A DNA stretch of 63,473 bases, filler included, from Chiloscyllium plagiosum (taxonomy: Eukaryota), in the NCBI RefSeq assembly GCF_004010195.1. It is 4 parts of one record of this genome, joined end to end, with 100 filler letters (N's around TTAATTAATTAA, not from the genome) between each part and the next. Parts side by side here need not be neighbours in the genome. Positions count along the whole stretch, not along the records: positions 1 to 19,252 come from NC_057713.1; positions 19,353 to 43,021 come from NC_057713.1; 2 more parts are not named here. The stretch is one strand, 5' to 3'. Position 1 is the first letter of the stretch, and every line of letters begins with the position of its first letter. Below, one piece after another: positions 11,477-22,998 of this stretch. The notes beneath the pieces are model-generated. The model saw nothing but the letters and a program-made list of their open reading frames with translations. It ran no database searches and was not told the DNA's origin. The position numbers were made by a program, and so were the translations under genes.

Positions 11477-12168
11477 ATTAATTAGTAAGTTCAAAGATAT
11501 CAGGCCATCAATGAAGAAAGAAGATGATATAATGCCAAACTAGGATGATGTGACTTGGATGAAAGTGTGCAAAGATAGTGTTTCCGATTATTTGTTTCCC
11601 CTTCCTTGAAGGAAGTCACAAGTTCAGGAGAAGCTAATGAAGGCTCTGCAGTTTCCTGGGTGGATTCTCTAAATGGCACACACTTTAAATTTTAAAGTGA
11701 ATTCAACTTAAATTTCGATCGTGAGATTTGTATTTGCATTTACATGGGTTAGTATTCCGTAATATAGCAGTACCCTATCAATCCAAAAGGCGCTTATAAC
11801 CATTGGTCTCTTCCTCAGCATCTGTGAGTAGCCTTTTGAGAAATCATTTGTTATCTCTTCTTTCTTTTGCTAACACCTTTGTGGTTATGTGATTTCCAAC
11901 CCTAAATACCACACCCTGCCACTCCAAATTATTAAGAAAAATCCATTTCTTGAAATAGTCTTTTAAAGACCTTCCATGTGAACCATAAAATGCAACCTTA
12001 AAACATAGCTTTTCCCATTTTTATTTATGGTTTACTACCATTATACATCATTCTTGTATCGTAAGTCAATTCTCCTTCAGTACTATGTTTTCTTGTTTTA
12101 AAGAATTACCATTCAGTAAGATACATTCTCCAAATTACCACAAATAAGAAAACTGTGTTTGTTTCTAG

Positions 12169-12335
12169 GACTCGTGCGGGATGACACACTGTATGAAGAT
12201 GATGATGTGCAAGAAGCTATAAAACGATTACCTGAAAACCTTTACAATGAGCGAATGTTCCGCATAAAGCGAGCTTTGGATTTGAGCCTGAAGCATCAAA
12301 TCCTTCCAAAGGAGATGTGGACAAAATATGAGCAG
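12169..12335 (+). CDS. UQCRB: UQCRB exon 3 ([55 protein letters not shown])
   Basis: tttctag acceptor, 167 nt, GTAAT donor. Lies within ORF 12159..12476; the RDD...RLP...[21 protein letters not shown] motif is typical of UQCRB/QCR7. Confidence 0.98.
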
Positions 12336-12809
12336 GTAATCTCGGCATTAGTACTGATTTCTGTAAAAGGGGAAATGTTTACTGCAATAGCATTTGTTCT
12401 CTGTTTGTCCTTTTGTTGCACCTGTGTACTTCAGTCCCACCAGCCACGCTGTAATTTCCTTGAGAGTTGTCTTTAACCCAAGCACCTACAGCATGCATGG
12501 ACCCTTTGGCTTAGAAAACAGTCACGGCTGGTTCGTTTATCTTGCCTTTTCTCTTTCTCCAGTCCTTTGATGGAGGAAGGTTTGGATTTGAACCAACAGG
12601 AACTCCTCACTGGGTCCGATTTAGAATCAATAGCAGAGAAAAGGGCCAGTCGGCCTATTGGACACATTTCACAAACAGTGGTTCCACCACTTTTCATTTA
12701 ACCCAATCAGCATATTGTTCTATCCCTATCTGCCCTGAAAGGCTATTCCCCTCGATTGCTACTTGTAGTAAGTTTCCAATTCTGACCACTCTCGGAAAAT
12801 GAAGTATTG

Positions 12810-13915
12810 TTCTTCCAGTTTGCATCAAATTTCACTGGAGCGCTGCAGCAAGCCTGAGACAATGTTGGCCAGAGAACAAGGTGGCATGTTGAAGTGGCAA
12901 GTAGCTGGAAGCTCAAGGTCTTTTTTTTTTGTTGACAGAATGTAAGTGTTCTGTGAAGCAGTCACCCAGTCTGTACTTTGTTTCCCCAATGTAGAGGAGA
13001 CCGTGCTGTGAGCAGCAAATACAGTAGACTGGATTCAGTGAAGTGCAGATAAAGTGCTGTTTCACCTGGAAGGTGTGTTTGAGGCCTTGGATACTGAGGA
13101 AGGAGAAAGTAAATGGGCAGATGGTACCACTTTCTGCAATTGCATTGGAAAGGACTTGAGACTGTGGGGATGTATTGGGATTGCCGGAGGACCTCCAGGT
13201 GGTCTAGAGGGAATGGTCCTTGCGGAAGGATGACTAGAAGGGTGGAGAATGTGTCCAGTGATGGAAGTAGTGGCTGATTCTCTTGGATGTGGTTGTTGAT
13301 GAGATGGTAGTTGAGGACAAGGAGGACCCTATCACTGTTGTGGAAGGGAAGAGAGGGTCTCAGGTGTGGGAGATGGGTTAGACTCAGCCGAGTGCCCTGT
13401 CAGTTACGGTGCTGGGGAATCCTTGGTTGAGGAAGAAGGTGGACATTTTTGAGGACTCCTTATTGAGGTTAGCATCATCAGAGCAGATATGCCATAGAGA
13501 AACTGGGAGAATGGGATAGAGTGTTTACAGGAAGCAGGGTATGAGGGTGTATAATCAAGGCAACTGTGGGAGTCAATTGGTTTATAATGGACATTGGTGG
13601 CCAGCCTATCCCCAAAATGGAAACAAATGTCGAGGAAGGGAAGAGAGAAGTCAGAGGTTGACCATGTGAACGTTAGAATGGAGTGGAAATCAGAAGCAAA
13701 ATCAATAACTTATCCAATTCCAGATGTGAGAAGGAGGTAGCATTGATGTACTGGAGAAAGAGTTGTGGCTGGGAGCCAGAATTGGAAAGTTCCACATACT
13801 CCACAAAAAAAAGGCTTAACTGGGGTGCGTGCAGGTTCCCATGGTCACCCCCTTTGACTTGGAGAAGTGAGAGGAGTTAAAAGAGAAGTTGTTCAGGGTG
13901 AGCATAAGCTCAGTC
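12810..13915 (-). mobile_element. Degraded Penelope-like element (RT to GIY-YIG), - strand, UQCRB intron 3
   Basis: Reverse complement matches the + strand PLE at 14140-15280 (LNNFSF..Q.KG..MG and YCI.C..LYIGET-like motifs). Confidence 0.75.
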
Positions 13916-13929
13916 ATGGTTTTTCTTCC

Positions 13930-15605
13930 TCCTCTTGTCGAGTCCCTTCCCACTTGCTTCCATGATTCCTCTGATGCTTTATATCAGTTTCAGAATTTCC
14001 AGTTCGCAGTGTCCAACCACCTCCTCTTTATTAGACCTACAGTTTCTTCACATGTCCATCCCCATGGTGTCTGCTTCCTATAAAAATGGACTGAATGATC
14101 CTCACTAACCGCTACCCTCCTCCGACTGGCCAAACACCTCATCAGCCTCAACAACTTCTCTTTTTAACTCCTCTCACTTTCTTCAGGTCAAAGGGGTAGG
14201 TATGGGCACCCGCATGGGCCCCAGTTATGCCTGCCCCTCTGTGAGGTGTGAAAAACATTCCTTGTTTCAGTCTTACTCCGGCCCCCATCCATGATTCTTA
14301 CTCCTATATATCGATGATATCATTGGTGCTGCTTCCCTCTCTCATCTGGAAAAGTTTATTTATTTTGCTTCCAATTTCCAATGCACCCTCACCTTCATCT
14401 GGTCTGTCTTCTCCCTTCCCTTCCTCTACATCTCTCATTCCATTTTTGGGGTCAGATTGATTACCAATATTCACTACGACACCACCAAATCCCACAGTTA
14501 TCTTGTCTGTTCGTCCTCATACCATATTTCATGTAAAAACTATTCCATTCTCTCTGTTCCTCTGCATCTGTTCTGATGATGCCAATTTGGATAAGGGGGT
14601 CTCCGAAATGTACACCACCTTCCTCAACCAAGGATTCCCTGGCACCATAATTGACAAGGCCCTCAGCTGGGTCTGACTCACCCTGCACCTCAACGCTCAC
14701 CCCCTCTCTACTCTCCAACAACAGCATTCGGGTCCACTTTGTCCCCGCATAGCATCCCCATTCAGAGGATCATTAGCCATCATTACCACCATCTCCATTG
14801 GGGTGTCACCTCATTCCCCTCTGCTCCCTTGTCAGCCCTCTGTGAGGGCCATTCCCTCAGAGAGACCCTGGTCCTCCAATCCTTCATTCCTAGCAACTTC
14901 CCCTGCAATTGCAGAAATTGTAGCACCTACCCATTTATTTCCACCCCCCTCAGTATCCAGAGGCCTAAACATGCCTTTCAGTTGAAGCAGCACTTTACCT
15001 GCATTTCACTTAATCTAGTCTACTGTATTCACTGTGGTCTCCTCTACATTGAGGAAATCAAGTGCAGACTGGCGACTGCTTCATAGACACAAAACAGACC
15101 CTGAGCTTGCAATTGCCTGTCACTTCTGCACGTCACCATATTCCCTGTTCAGTATCTCTGCCTCAGGCTTCCTGCAGTGCTGCAGTGAAGCTGAGTGCAA
15201 ACCAGAAGAACATCTCCTTTTCTGCTTGGGAGCCCTGCAGCCTTCTGAACTTAATATCAAGTTCAACAATTTTAAGGCCTGAGCACCATTCTTCATGTTT
15301 TCCCTCACCCCGACCACCAGACCTTGTCATCACATGGGCTGCTCCCACACACTACCCAATTTCTGCAATTAATAGTCTCCTTTTGCAGTCATTCATTACC
15401 CCAGACTGACTTTTAACTGCTCCTTTGTCCATCCAACTGTATATTTTTCTCTTTGGGCTCTATCCCTATCTGTCATTTAGTCTGCCCCCCGCCCCACCCC
15501 TCCACCCCATAAAAACCATCTTTTTCCTAGCTGTCGTGAGTTCTGAAGAAGGGAGAGTTGATCTGAAATGTTAATACTGATTTCTCTGCATTGATGCTGT
15601 CAGAC
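13930..15605 (+). mobile_element. Degraded Penelope-like element with 3' pLTR, + strand, UQCRB intron 3
   Basis: NNFSF...QVKGVGMGTRMGPSYACL RT motif, YIDD at about 14306-14317, GIY-YIG-like NLVYCIHC.LLYIEE (ORF 14739..15086), hammerhead remnant CTGAAGA...GAAATGTT at 15543-15572. Confidence 0.8.
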
Positions 15606-15609
15606 CTAG

Positions 15610-16035
15610 AATTGTAGAATCCCTATAGTATGGAAACAGGCTATTCGGCCCATCAGGTCCACACCAACCCTCCAATCAGCATCCCATCGAGATCCATCTC
15701 CCTATCCCTGTAGCCTTGCATTTCCCATGGCTACGCAGAAGTGGGTACTGCAGGTGCTGGAGATTAGAGTCCAAATTAGAGTGGTGCTGGAAAAGCACAG
15801 CAGGTCAGGCAGCATCCGAGGAGCAGGAAAATGGACGTTTTGTCCAAAAGCCCTTCATCAGGAAGGGCTGATGAAGGGTTTTTGCCCAAAATATCGATTT
15901 TCCTGCTACTTGGATGCTGCCTGACCTGGTGTGCTTTTCCAGCACCACTCTAATTTCCCATGGCTAATCCACTTAGCCTGGACACTGAGCAATTTAGCAT
16001 GGCCAATCCACCTAGCCTGCATATCTTTAGACTGC
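15610..16035 (-). mobile_element. HE1-related SINE interrupted by a PLE mini-element
   Basis: SINE 3' motifs (ggaaacaggc..cggccc..gtccacacc; gcaatttagcatggccaatccacct) on both sides of the 15734-15952 insert. Confidence 0.75.
15734..15952. mobile_element. Fold-back PLE mini-element, family A, back-to-back hammerhead remnants
   Basis: Perfect 14-bp TSD ATTTCCCATGGCTA (15720-15733 and 15953-15966); inverted arms centred on cccttcatcag-gaaggg-ctgatgaaggg. Confidence 0.88.
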
Positions 16036-16207
16036 TTAGATTTTTCAGCAATTTCTGTTTTGGATTTTCCTTCAGTTAAAACATCAGGTTCTATAAACAT
16101 TTCTTAAAAGAATAAAAATCAGTTATTTGTGTAAATAACTATGCTGTTAGATGTGACAGATTTTACATTTATGACTACAGCTGAGTGCAGATCTTTGTTT
16201 GTTACAG

Positions 16208-16285
16208 GATGTACGCTATCTAGAACCATATCTCAAAGAAGTTATTGCTGAACGAAAGGAAAAAGAAGAATGGAATAAGAAGTGA
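16208..16285 (+). CDS. UQCRB: UQCRB exon 4 coding part ([25 protein letters not shown])
   Basis: ttacag acceptor, 78 nt ending in [19 protein letters not shown] is the UQCRB C-terminus. Confidence 0.96.
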   Translation, partial: DVRYLEPYLKEVIAERKEKEEWNKK

Positions 16286-16399
16286 TTTGTTACTTTAATG
16301 TTTAACTTCTGTTTGTGTTACTATCTCGAAATGCAAATTTAAAGCCCATTATTTTGTAATTGGCCATTGGCTGCAGCCACAATAACAATTTCCTTCTTG

Positions 16400-16409
16400 A
16401 ATAAATAAA
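16400..16409 (+). terminator. Overlapping AATAAA polyadenylation signals of UQCRB (second candidate at 16524-16529)
   Basis: AATAAATAAA about 115 nt after the stop codon, followed by a T/GT-rich tract (ttttgttttgtttgt). Confidence 0.75.
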
Positions 16410-16643
16410 TTGTGCTGTAAACTATGGAACGCAATTTTTGTTTTGTTTGTACAGAATAATTTAAAACTCATTTCCTGATTTCTTTTGTCATAGTTTTACT
16501 CATAGGTGTGTAAATTTGAAAGAAATAAAATGAAATTTTGCCTTCATGCCTTTGACTAATAGAAGCAAAATACATTTCACAAATCAAACTTGTACTAAGA
16601 CCATAGGATAGAGGAGCAGTAGTAGGCCATTCAGTCCTCAGTC

Positions 16644-18259
16644 AAAAAGGGTGGAAAAGCACTGCAGGTCAGGCAGCATCCAAGGAGCAGAACAATCGAC
16701 GATTCATCAGGAGTGTGGGGGAAATGGGGGCTGAGAGATAAAAGGAATGAGTTGGGCTGGGGAAGGTAGCTGTGAAGGTAATAGGTAGATGCAGATGGGG
16801 GTGATGGTGATAGGTTGGAGCGGATAGGTGGGACTGTTCAAGAGGGCGGTGCCCAGTTGGAGGGTTGGATCTGGGATGAGGTGGGTGGAGGGGCAATGAA
16901 AAAACTGTTGAAATCAACGTTGATGCCGTGTGGTTGGAGGGTCCCAAAGTGAAAGATGTGGCATTCTTCTTCCAGGCTTTGTGTGGTTAGGATTTGGTGG
17001 TGGAGGCATGTCCGTGGCAGAGTGGGCAGGGCAGTTGAAGGGGTCAGCCACAGGGTGGTGGGTTGGTTTGGTGCATGTACCCAAGAGAGATTCTCTGAAA
17101 CATTGAGTTGGTTTCCCACCTTCCCAATGTAGACGAGACCACATTGAGAGCAATGGACGCGATAGATGAGGTGTTTGGATGTGCAGAAAAATGTGGAAGG
17201 ATTCTTTGGGCCTTGGATGGAGGCGTGGGCGCAGGTCTTACACCCTTTGTGGTGGCAAGAGAGGGTGCTGAGAGTGGTTTAGTGGGGGCAAGAGAGTCAC
17301 AAATGGAATGGTCTCTTCGGAATGTTGATAGTAATGGGGAGGGAAATATATCTGGTCGGGTCTGACTGTAGGTGGTGGAAATGGTGGTGGCAGATATGCT
17401 GTATCTGAAGATTGGGTGGAAGGCAAGGACCAGGGGAGTTCTATCCTTGTTGCAGTTGGAGGGATGGGGTTCAAGGGTGGAGATGCTGGAAGTGGAGGAG
17501 ATGTGCTGGAGGGCATTGTTGACTACATGAGAGGGGAACTTGTGGTCCTTGAAATGGGAGGCCATCTGGGATATTCTGTAGTGGGTTTGCTCCTGGGGGT
17601 TGGACAAGGTGTAGTCCAGGCAGCTGTAATAGTCAGTGGGTTTTAAGTTGAAGTACGTGTTGAGTCGGTTGCTGGAATTGGAGACAGAGTGGTCCATGAG
17701 GGAAGGGAAGTGTCCAAGAATGTCTAGGTGAACTTGTGTTCCCCCCCACAGCCCAAAGGTGTTCATGAAGTTGATGAACTGCTCAACCTCCTCATGGGAA
17801 CATGCAGTGGTGCCAATACAGTCATCAGTGTAGTGGATGAAAAGGTGGGAATGTTGCCAGTGTAACAATGGAAGACTGACTCTTCCACGTATTTGACAAA
17901 GAGGTAGGCATAGCTGGGGCCCATGTGGGAGCCCATGGCTACCCCTTTGGTCTGAAGGGAGTAGGATTCGATGGAGAAGTTGTTGAGGGTGATGACCACA
18001 GTCGAAAAGTGTGGTGCTGGAAAAGCACCAGACAACATCCAAGGAGCAGGAAAATCAACTTTCAGGCATATGCCCTTCATCAGGAAGGGCTTATGCCTGA
18101 AACGTCGATTCTCCTGTTTCTGTGATGCTGCCTAACCACTGTGCTTTTCCAACACCACACTCTTCGACTCAGGACTGCAGATGCTGAAGATCATACTTTC
18201 TTTGAGGGTGAGGGCCAGTTCAGCCAATCGAATGAGTTGACCAGTTCAACCAATTCCGA
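16644..18259 (-). mobile_element. Penelope-like element (RT C-terminal part, GIY-YIG remnant, pLTR)
   Basis: ORFs 17763..18080 (LNNFS..QTKGVAMGSHMGPSYA.LF) and 17044..18042 (HYTDDCIG, RTPLVLAFHP); flanked by CCTCAGTC at 16636-16643 and 18260-18267. Confidence 0.85.
17999..18201. mobile_element. Fold-back PLE mini-element (family A) inserted into the RT of a PLE
   Basis: Imperfect 16-bp TSD ttgagggtgatgacca (17983-17998) / ttgagggtgagggcca (18202-18217); inverted arms gtcgaaaagtgtggtgctggaaaagcac / gtgcttttccaacaccacactcttcgac. Confidence 0.8.
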
Positions 18260-18587
18260 CCTCAGTCTGGTCTGCCATTTAGTAAGATTATGGCGGATAT
18301 GATCATTCTCAACTCCACTGTCCTACCTTTTTATTACAACCCTCAATTCCCTTGCAGATTAAAAATCTGTCCATATCCTTAAAGAAATAGCCTCAATTCT
18401 GTATTAAATATATGATTCCTTTATTGTGATGTTATGCCCTCTGATTCTAGACCACAAGAGGATACAACCTTTCTGCATCTACCCTATCAGGTTCTGGAAG
18501 AATATTGTGCCTCAATGTTATATGCCTCTCCTATATTCCAACTAATGTATGCCCAATCCACTCAACCCCTCCTCATTAGACAGTCTC

Positions 18588-19491
18588 GACCCCTTCGCCC
18601 ACCTCCCACGCACTGCATCCACCTGGACATCCCGCGCTGGCCGAATACCTGCCCTCGACCTCTTCATTTCCAACTGCCGCTGGGACATTAACCGCCTCAA
18701 CCTGTCGACCCCACTCCAACACCTCACCCTCACAACGCGCAGCCCTCCAATCCCTCTGCTCCAATCCCAACCTCACCATAAAGCCAGCGGATAAAGGGGG
18801 CGCAGTGGTAGTCTGGTGCACTGACCTCTACATCGCTGAAGCCAAACGCCAACTCAAGGACACCTCTTCCTACTGCCCCCTTGACCATGACCCCACCCCC
18901 CATCACCACACCATCATCTCCCAGACCATACAGAACCTCATCACCTCAGGGGATCTCCCATCCACAGCTTCCAACTTCATAGTCCGGGAACCCCACACTG
19001 CCCGGTTCTACCTCCTTCCGAAGATCCACAGCCTGACCACCCTGGCCGACCCATTGTCTCAGCATGCTCCTGCCCCACTGAACTCATCTCTACCTACCTC
19101 GACACTGTCCCATCCCCCCTAGTCCAGGAACTCCCCACATACGTTCGAGACACCACCCACGCCCTCCACCTCCTCCAAGACTCCCGTTTCCCCGGCCCCC
19201 AACGCCTCATCTTCACCATGGATATCCAATCCCTCTACACCACCATCCGCCANNNNNNNNNNNNNNNNNNNNNNNNNNNNNNNNNNNNNNNNNNNNTTAA
19301 TTAATTAANNNNNNNNNNNNNNNNNNNNNNNNNNNNNNNNNNNNNNNNNNNNGAAGGGCTTTTGCCCGAAACGTCGATTTTGCCTGTCCTCGGATTTTGC
19401 CTGTCCTCGGATGCTGCCTGAATTGCTGTGCTCTTCCAGCACCACTAATCCAGAATCTGGTTTCCAGCATCTGCAGTCATTGTTTTTACCT
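18588..19491 (+). mobile_element. Young Penelope-like element: RT N-terminal region, gap, pLTR
   Basis: KPADKGGAVVVW..DLY..EA.RQL, FYLLPKIH and FTMDIQSLYT are PLE RT motifs; CpG-rich; pLTR with GGGCTTTTGCCCGAAACGTCG after the gap; AGTCTC flanks both ends (18582-18587 and 19492-19497). Confidence 0.88.
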
Positions 19492-19684
19492 AGTCTCTGG
19501 AATCAGCCTTGTGAACCTTCTCTGGACTGCCTGCAATGCCAGTATCTTTCCTTTGATTAGGTCCCAAAACTGTTCATAACGTCTGACGAGTGCCTTATAT
19601 AATTTAGTATAACCACCTTATTTTTACAGTCTATTGCCATTGAAAGACATTTGTTTTCCCTATTACCCACTGAACTTGGATGCA

Positions 19685-19918
19685 CTGCTGTACCACAGCG
19701 CCAGGAATCTGGGTTTGATTCTAGACTCTGGCAACTGGCTGTGTGGAGTTTGCACATTCTCCTCATGTCTGTGTGGGTTTCCCCCACAGTCCAAAGGTGT
19801 GCATGTTAGGTGGATTGGCCATGCTAAATTACCCATAGTGTCCAGGGGTGTGTAAGCTAGGTGGTTTAACCATGGGAAGTGCAGGGATTTGGTAGGGGCA
19901 TTGGTCAGTGTGGATTCT
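19685..19918 (+). mobile_element. Diverged HE1-type SINE
   Basis: V-domain tgtggagtttgcacattctcc and ggattggccatgctaaatt. Confidence 0.75.
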
Positions 19919-21286
19919 GTGAAATGTTTATTATGCAAAAGAAATGAAGATAAATTAGGATGTACCAATCTATTTGGATATAACATAATTGTCAAACAAC
20001 TACAGTTTAAAACTTGAAAATACAGTAAAAATACAATCTCATTAGTCCTAACAACACCCCATTACAGCCCTGAAAGGCCAGAGAAAATGTTTTTCTATAC
20101 CCCACACAGGATTTGACTTAGCTGTGGCTTCAATTCCTGGCCATGGCAATCTGATAGCCTTTTCATTGATTGACTTTAATGCTGCCTGCTTCAAATCATT
20201 CTTTCAGGGTTTTAACCAAACATCTGTTATAGAAAAGGGTCACTGGACCCAAAACCTTAACTCTGATTTCTCTTCACAGATGCTGCCAGACCTGCTGAGA
20301 TCTTGAAGCGCTTTTTGTTGTTACTTTTGATCTGGACGTTTTAAACTAAACGCCTTACACAAAGGGACACAATTTGTAAGATCTTTAAATTATCTTATCC
20401 CTTTTTCAGGAGGAACCACTAGACCCATCCAGCTTTAGCTAAGAACCCGGTAGAAACTGAAACTGAAAATCAACTTTCCAAGATATTCATGAAAAATCAT
20501 AAGCCCCCAAAAGATATTCTATCGGAAAGGTTAATGCACTACACATTTATTTTCTTCACTTGTAAATTTTCCCAATGCAAACCAAAAATTCACTGCTCTC
20601 CAGGAAATCTTTCTCTCACGTTGTTTTAAAACACCATGGCTTTAGAAATATTTACAAATTTAATTGTCAAAAAACTGCAGTCACACTGAAAACCTATTTG
20701 CCACTAATTCAAATTTTAATTCAAAATTTCAAAATTTGTGATAAATTACATTAAAATATATGTAAGCCACAATCTTCAAAATTCCAGTCAAGGTGGCAGC
20801 AGAGTAGGATGCTCCAACCTGAGCTCCTCTGTTCCTTCTGTTTATTTCCCTTTTTTCTCTCTTTTCTCCCCATTTTTCCCTTCATGGTGTTCTCTCTCCT
20901 GAGGTAGAGCAGACTAGGGGCCTGAGCAGTGTGGTGAAGGCCAGCGACTGGAAGCCTGAGCAGAGTGGGGATGAGCAACGGACTGGAGGCTTGTGCAGAG
21001 TGGGGACAGCCAGCGGACTGGATCTTGAGTGGATCGGGCAGTGACAGTTGGCTGGAGTCCCAAGGAGAGCAGAATGGTTGTTGGACTGGGGAACCAGTGC
21101 GGGCAGTTAACGGCTTGCGAGCCCAGGCAGACCATGTGTGGAATCCCCATGCGCTGATCTACTGAAAGACTGTAGTGCTTATCTTTTCAACTTTATTCTA
21201 ATTTTCAAACTTATGCTATGAATATCTGTAAGTAATGTAACTTTTCTTTCTTTCTTTTTCCCTTTATTTCTATATTTTCTGTTCCT

Positions 21287-21892
21287 AGGTATTGAGTACA
21301 GGAGTTGGGAGGTCATGTTGTGGCTGTACAGGACATTGGTTAGGCCACTGTTGGAATATTGCGTGCAATTCTGGTCTCCTTCCTATCGGAAAGATGTTGT
21401 GGAACTTGAAAGGGTTCAGAAAAGATTTACAAGGATGTTGCCAGGGTTGGAGGATCTGAGCTACAGGGAGAGTCTGAACAGGCTGTGGCTGTTTTCCCTG
21501 GAGCGTCGGAGGCTGAGAGGTGACCTTATAGAGGTTTACAAAATTATGAGGGCATGGTAAATAGACAAAGTCTTTTCCCTGGGGTGGGAGAGTCCAGAAT
21601 TAGAGGGCATAGATTTAGGGTGAGAGGGGAAAGATATAAAAGAGACCTAAGGGGCAACTTTTTCACGCAGAGGGTGGTGCGTGTATGGAATGAGCTGCCA
21701 GAGGAAATGGTGGAGGCTGGTACAATTGCAACATTTAAGAGGCATTTGGATGGGTATATGAATAGGAAGGGTTTGGAGGGATATGGGCCGGGTGCTGGCA
21801 GGTGGGACTAGATTGGGTTGGGATATCTGGTCGGCATGGACGGGTTGGACCGAAGGGTCTGTTTCTGTGCTGTACATCTCTATGACTCTATG
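21287..21892 (+). mobile_element. 5'-truncated CR1 LINE 3' end
   Basis: ORFs 21315..21560 and 21554..21811 (LEYCVQFWSP, FFTQRVVRVWNELP); (CTATGACT)n tail. Near-identical copies at 29160-29647, 33755-34640 and 58060-58565. Confidence 0.92.
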
Positions 21893-22383
21893 TTGTACTT
21901 AAGATGGCAAAATATGGGGTGACATTGTAAACCTTTCACTGTACTCCTGTTCTTCCATATTCATGACAATAAAGGATATTCTAATTCTAATTTTAATCTC
22001 ATTTTAAAATATGTTTTTTTTCAACAAAACATGGGATTTAGGCATAACTGATCACACCAACATTTATTGCCCATCCCTAGTTGTGCTTGAGAAGGTGGTT
22101 ATTGAGCATTTTTGAATTGCTGCAGTCCTGAGTTGTGGTAGATCCACAATACCATTACATAGGCAGTGCCAGGATTTTGACCCAGTGTTGGAGAAGAGTG
22201 AAACAGACATTGACTCCGTAGTGCAAAATCAAGTTTGAGAACAGGAAAATTAAAGTGAGTTTTATAGCTGTTTTGCACAATTGCAACTGGGAACACAGAG
22301 CAATGTATTGTTTGGCAGCAGGATGAAGGCCAACATAACAAAGATGAAAAAAATGGAAAAGGAGAGAGTATTCATAAGCTGTA

Positions 22384-22687
22384 GATTACTTACAGTGTGG
22401 AAACAGGCCCTTCAGCCCAACAAGTCCACACTGCCCCGCTGAAGCGCAACCCACCCATACCCCTACATGTACCCCTTACCTAACACTACGGGCAATTTAG
22501 CATGGCCAATTCACCTGACCTACACACCTTTGGACTGTGGGAGGAAACCGGAGCACCCGGAGGAAACCCACGCAGACACGGGAAGAACGTGCAAACTCCA
22601 CACAGTCAGTCTCCTGAGGCGGGAATTGAACCCGGGTCTCTGGCGCTGTGAGGCAGCAGTGCTAACCACTGTGCCACCGTGCCGCCC
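22384..22687 (-). mobile_element. Full-length HE1-type V-SINE
   Basis: Reverse complement of the 11161-11476 element at high identity. Confidence 0.92.
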
Positions 22688-22998
22688 ACCACGGCATTTT
22701 GTGGGCATTTTGAAGCAATTACTACACTCAGTAATGTGTTTGAAATATTTCATTAAGCATTTAAGAATCAAGTGCTGCTTTGAATAAAAACTATTGAATG
22801 GTCGTTATCATAGGATGGCTAGACTGGTTAAGGAGGAGAAGATTAGGAAGGTAATTGTGTGAAAACAGCATTGATACAGGGAAAGTAAAATCACAATATT
22901 GGGCTAAGTTCTGGATCTGTGAATACTCTACGAAAGGATTTCTTTAACCAGAGCCAAAATAGCAAGTGGCCTTTTAGAGATGGTAAATGGGGCAGTTA

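Noticed and set aside
12336..12476. Read-through extension of the exon 3 ORF
   Set aside because: Similarity to UQCRB stops at the GT donor (12336), and exon 4 supplies the conserved C-terminus.
19297..19308. TTAATTAATTAA in the middle of N runs (also 43066-43077 and 51412-51423)
   Set aside because: Each is exactly 44 N + 12 bp + 44 N = 100 bp, with stops in all six frames. It is an artificial scaffolding spacer, not biology; joins across it need independent support.
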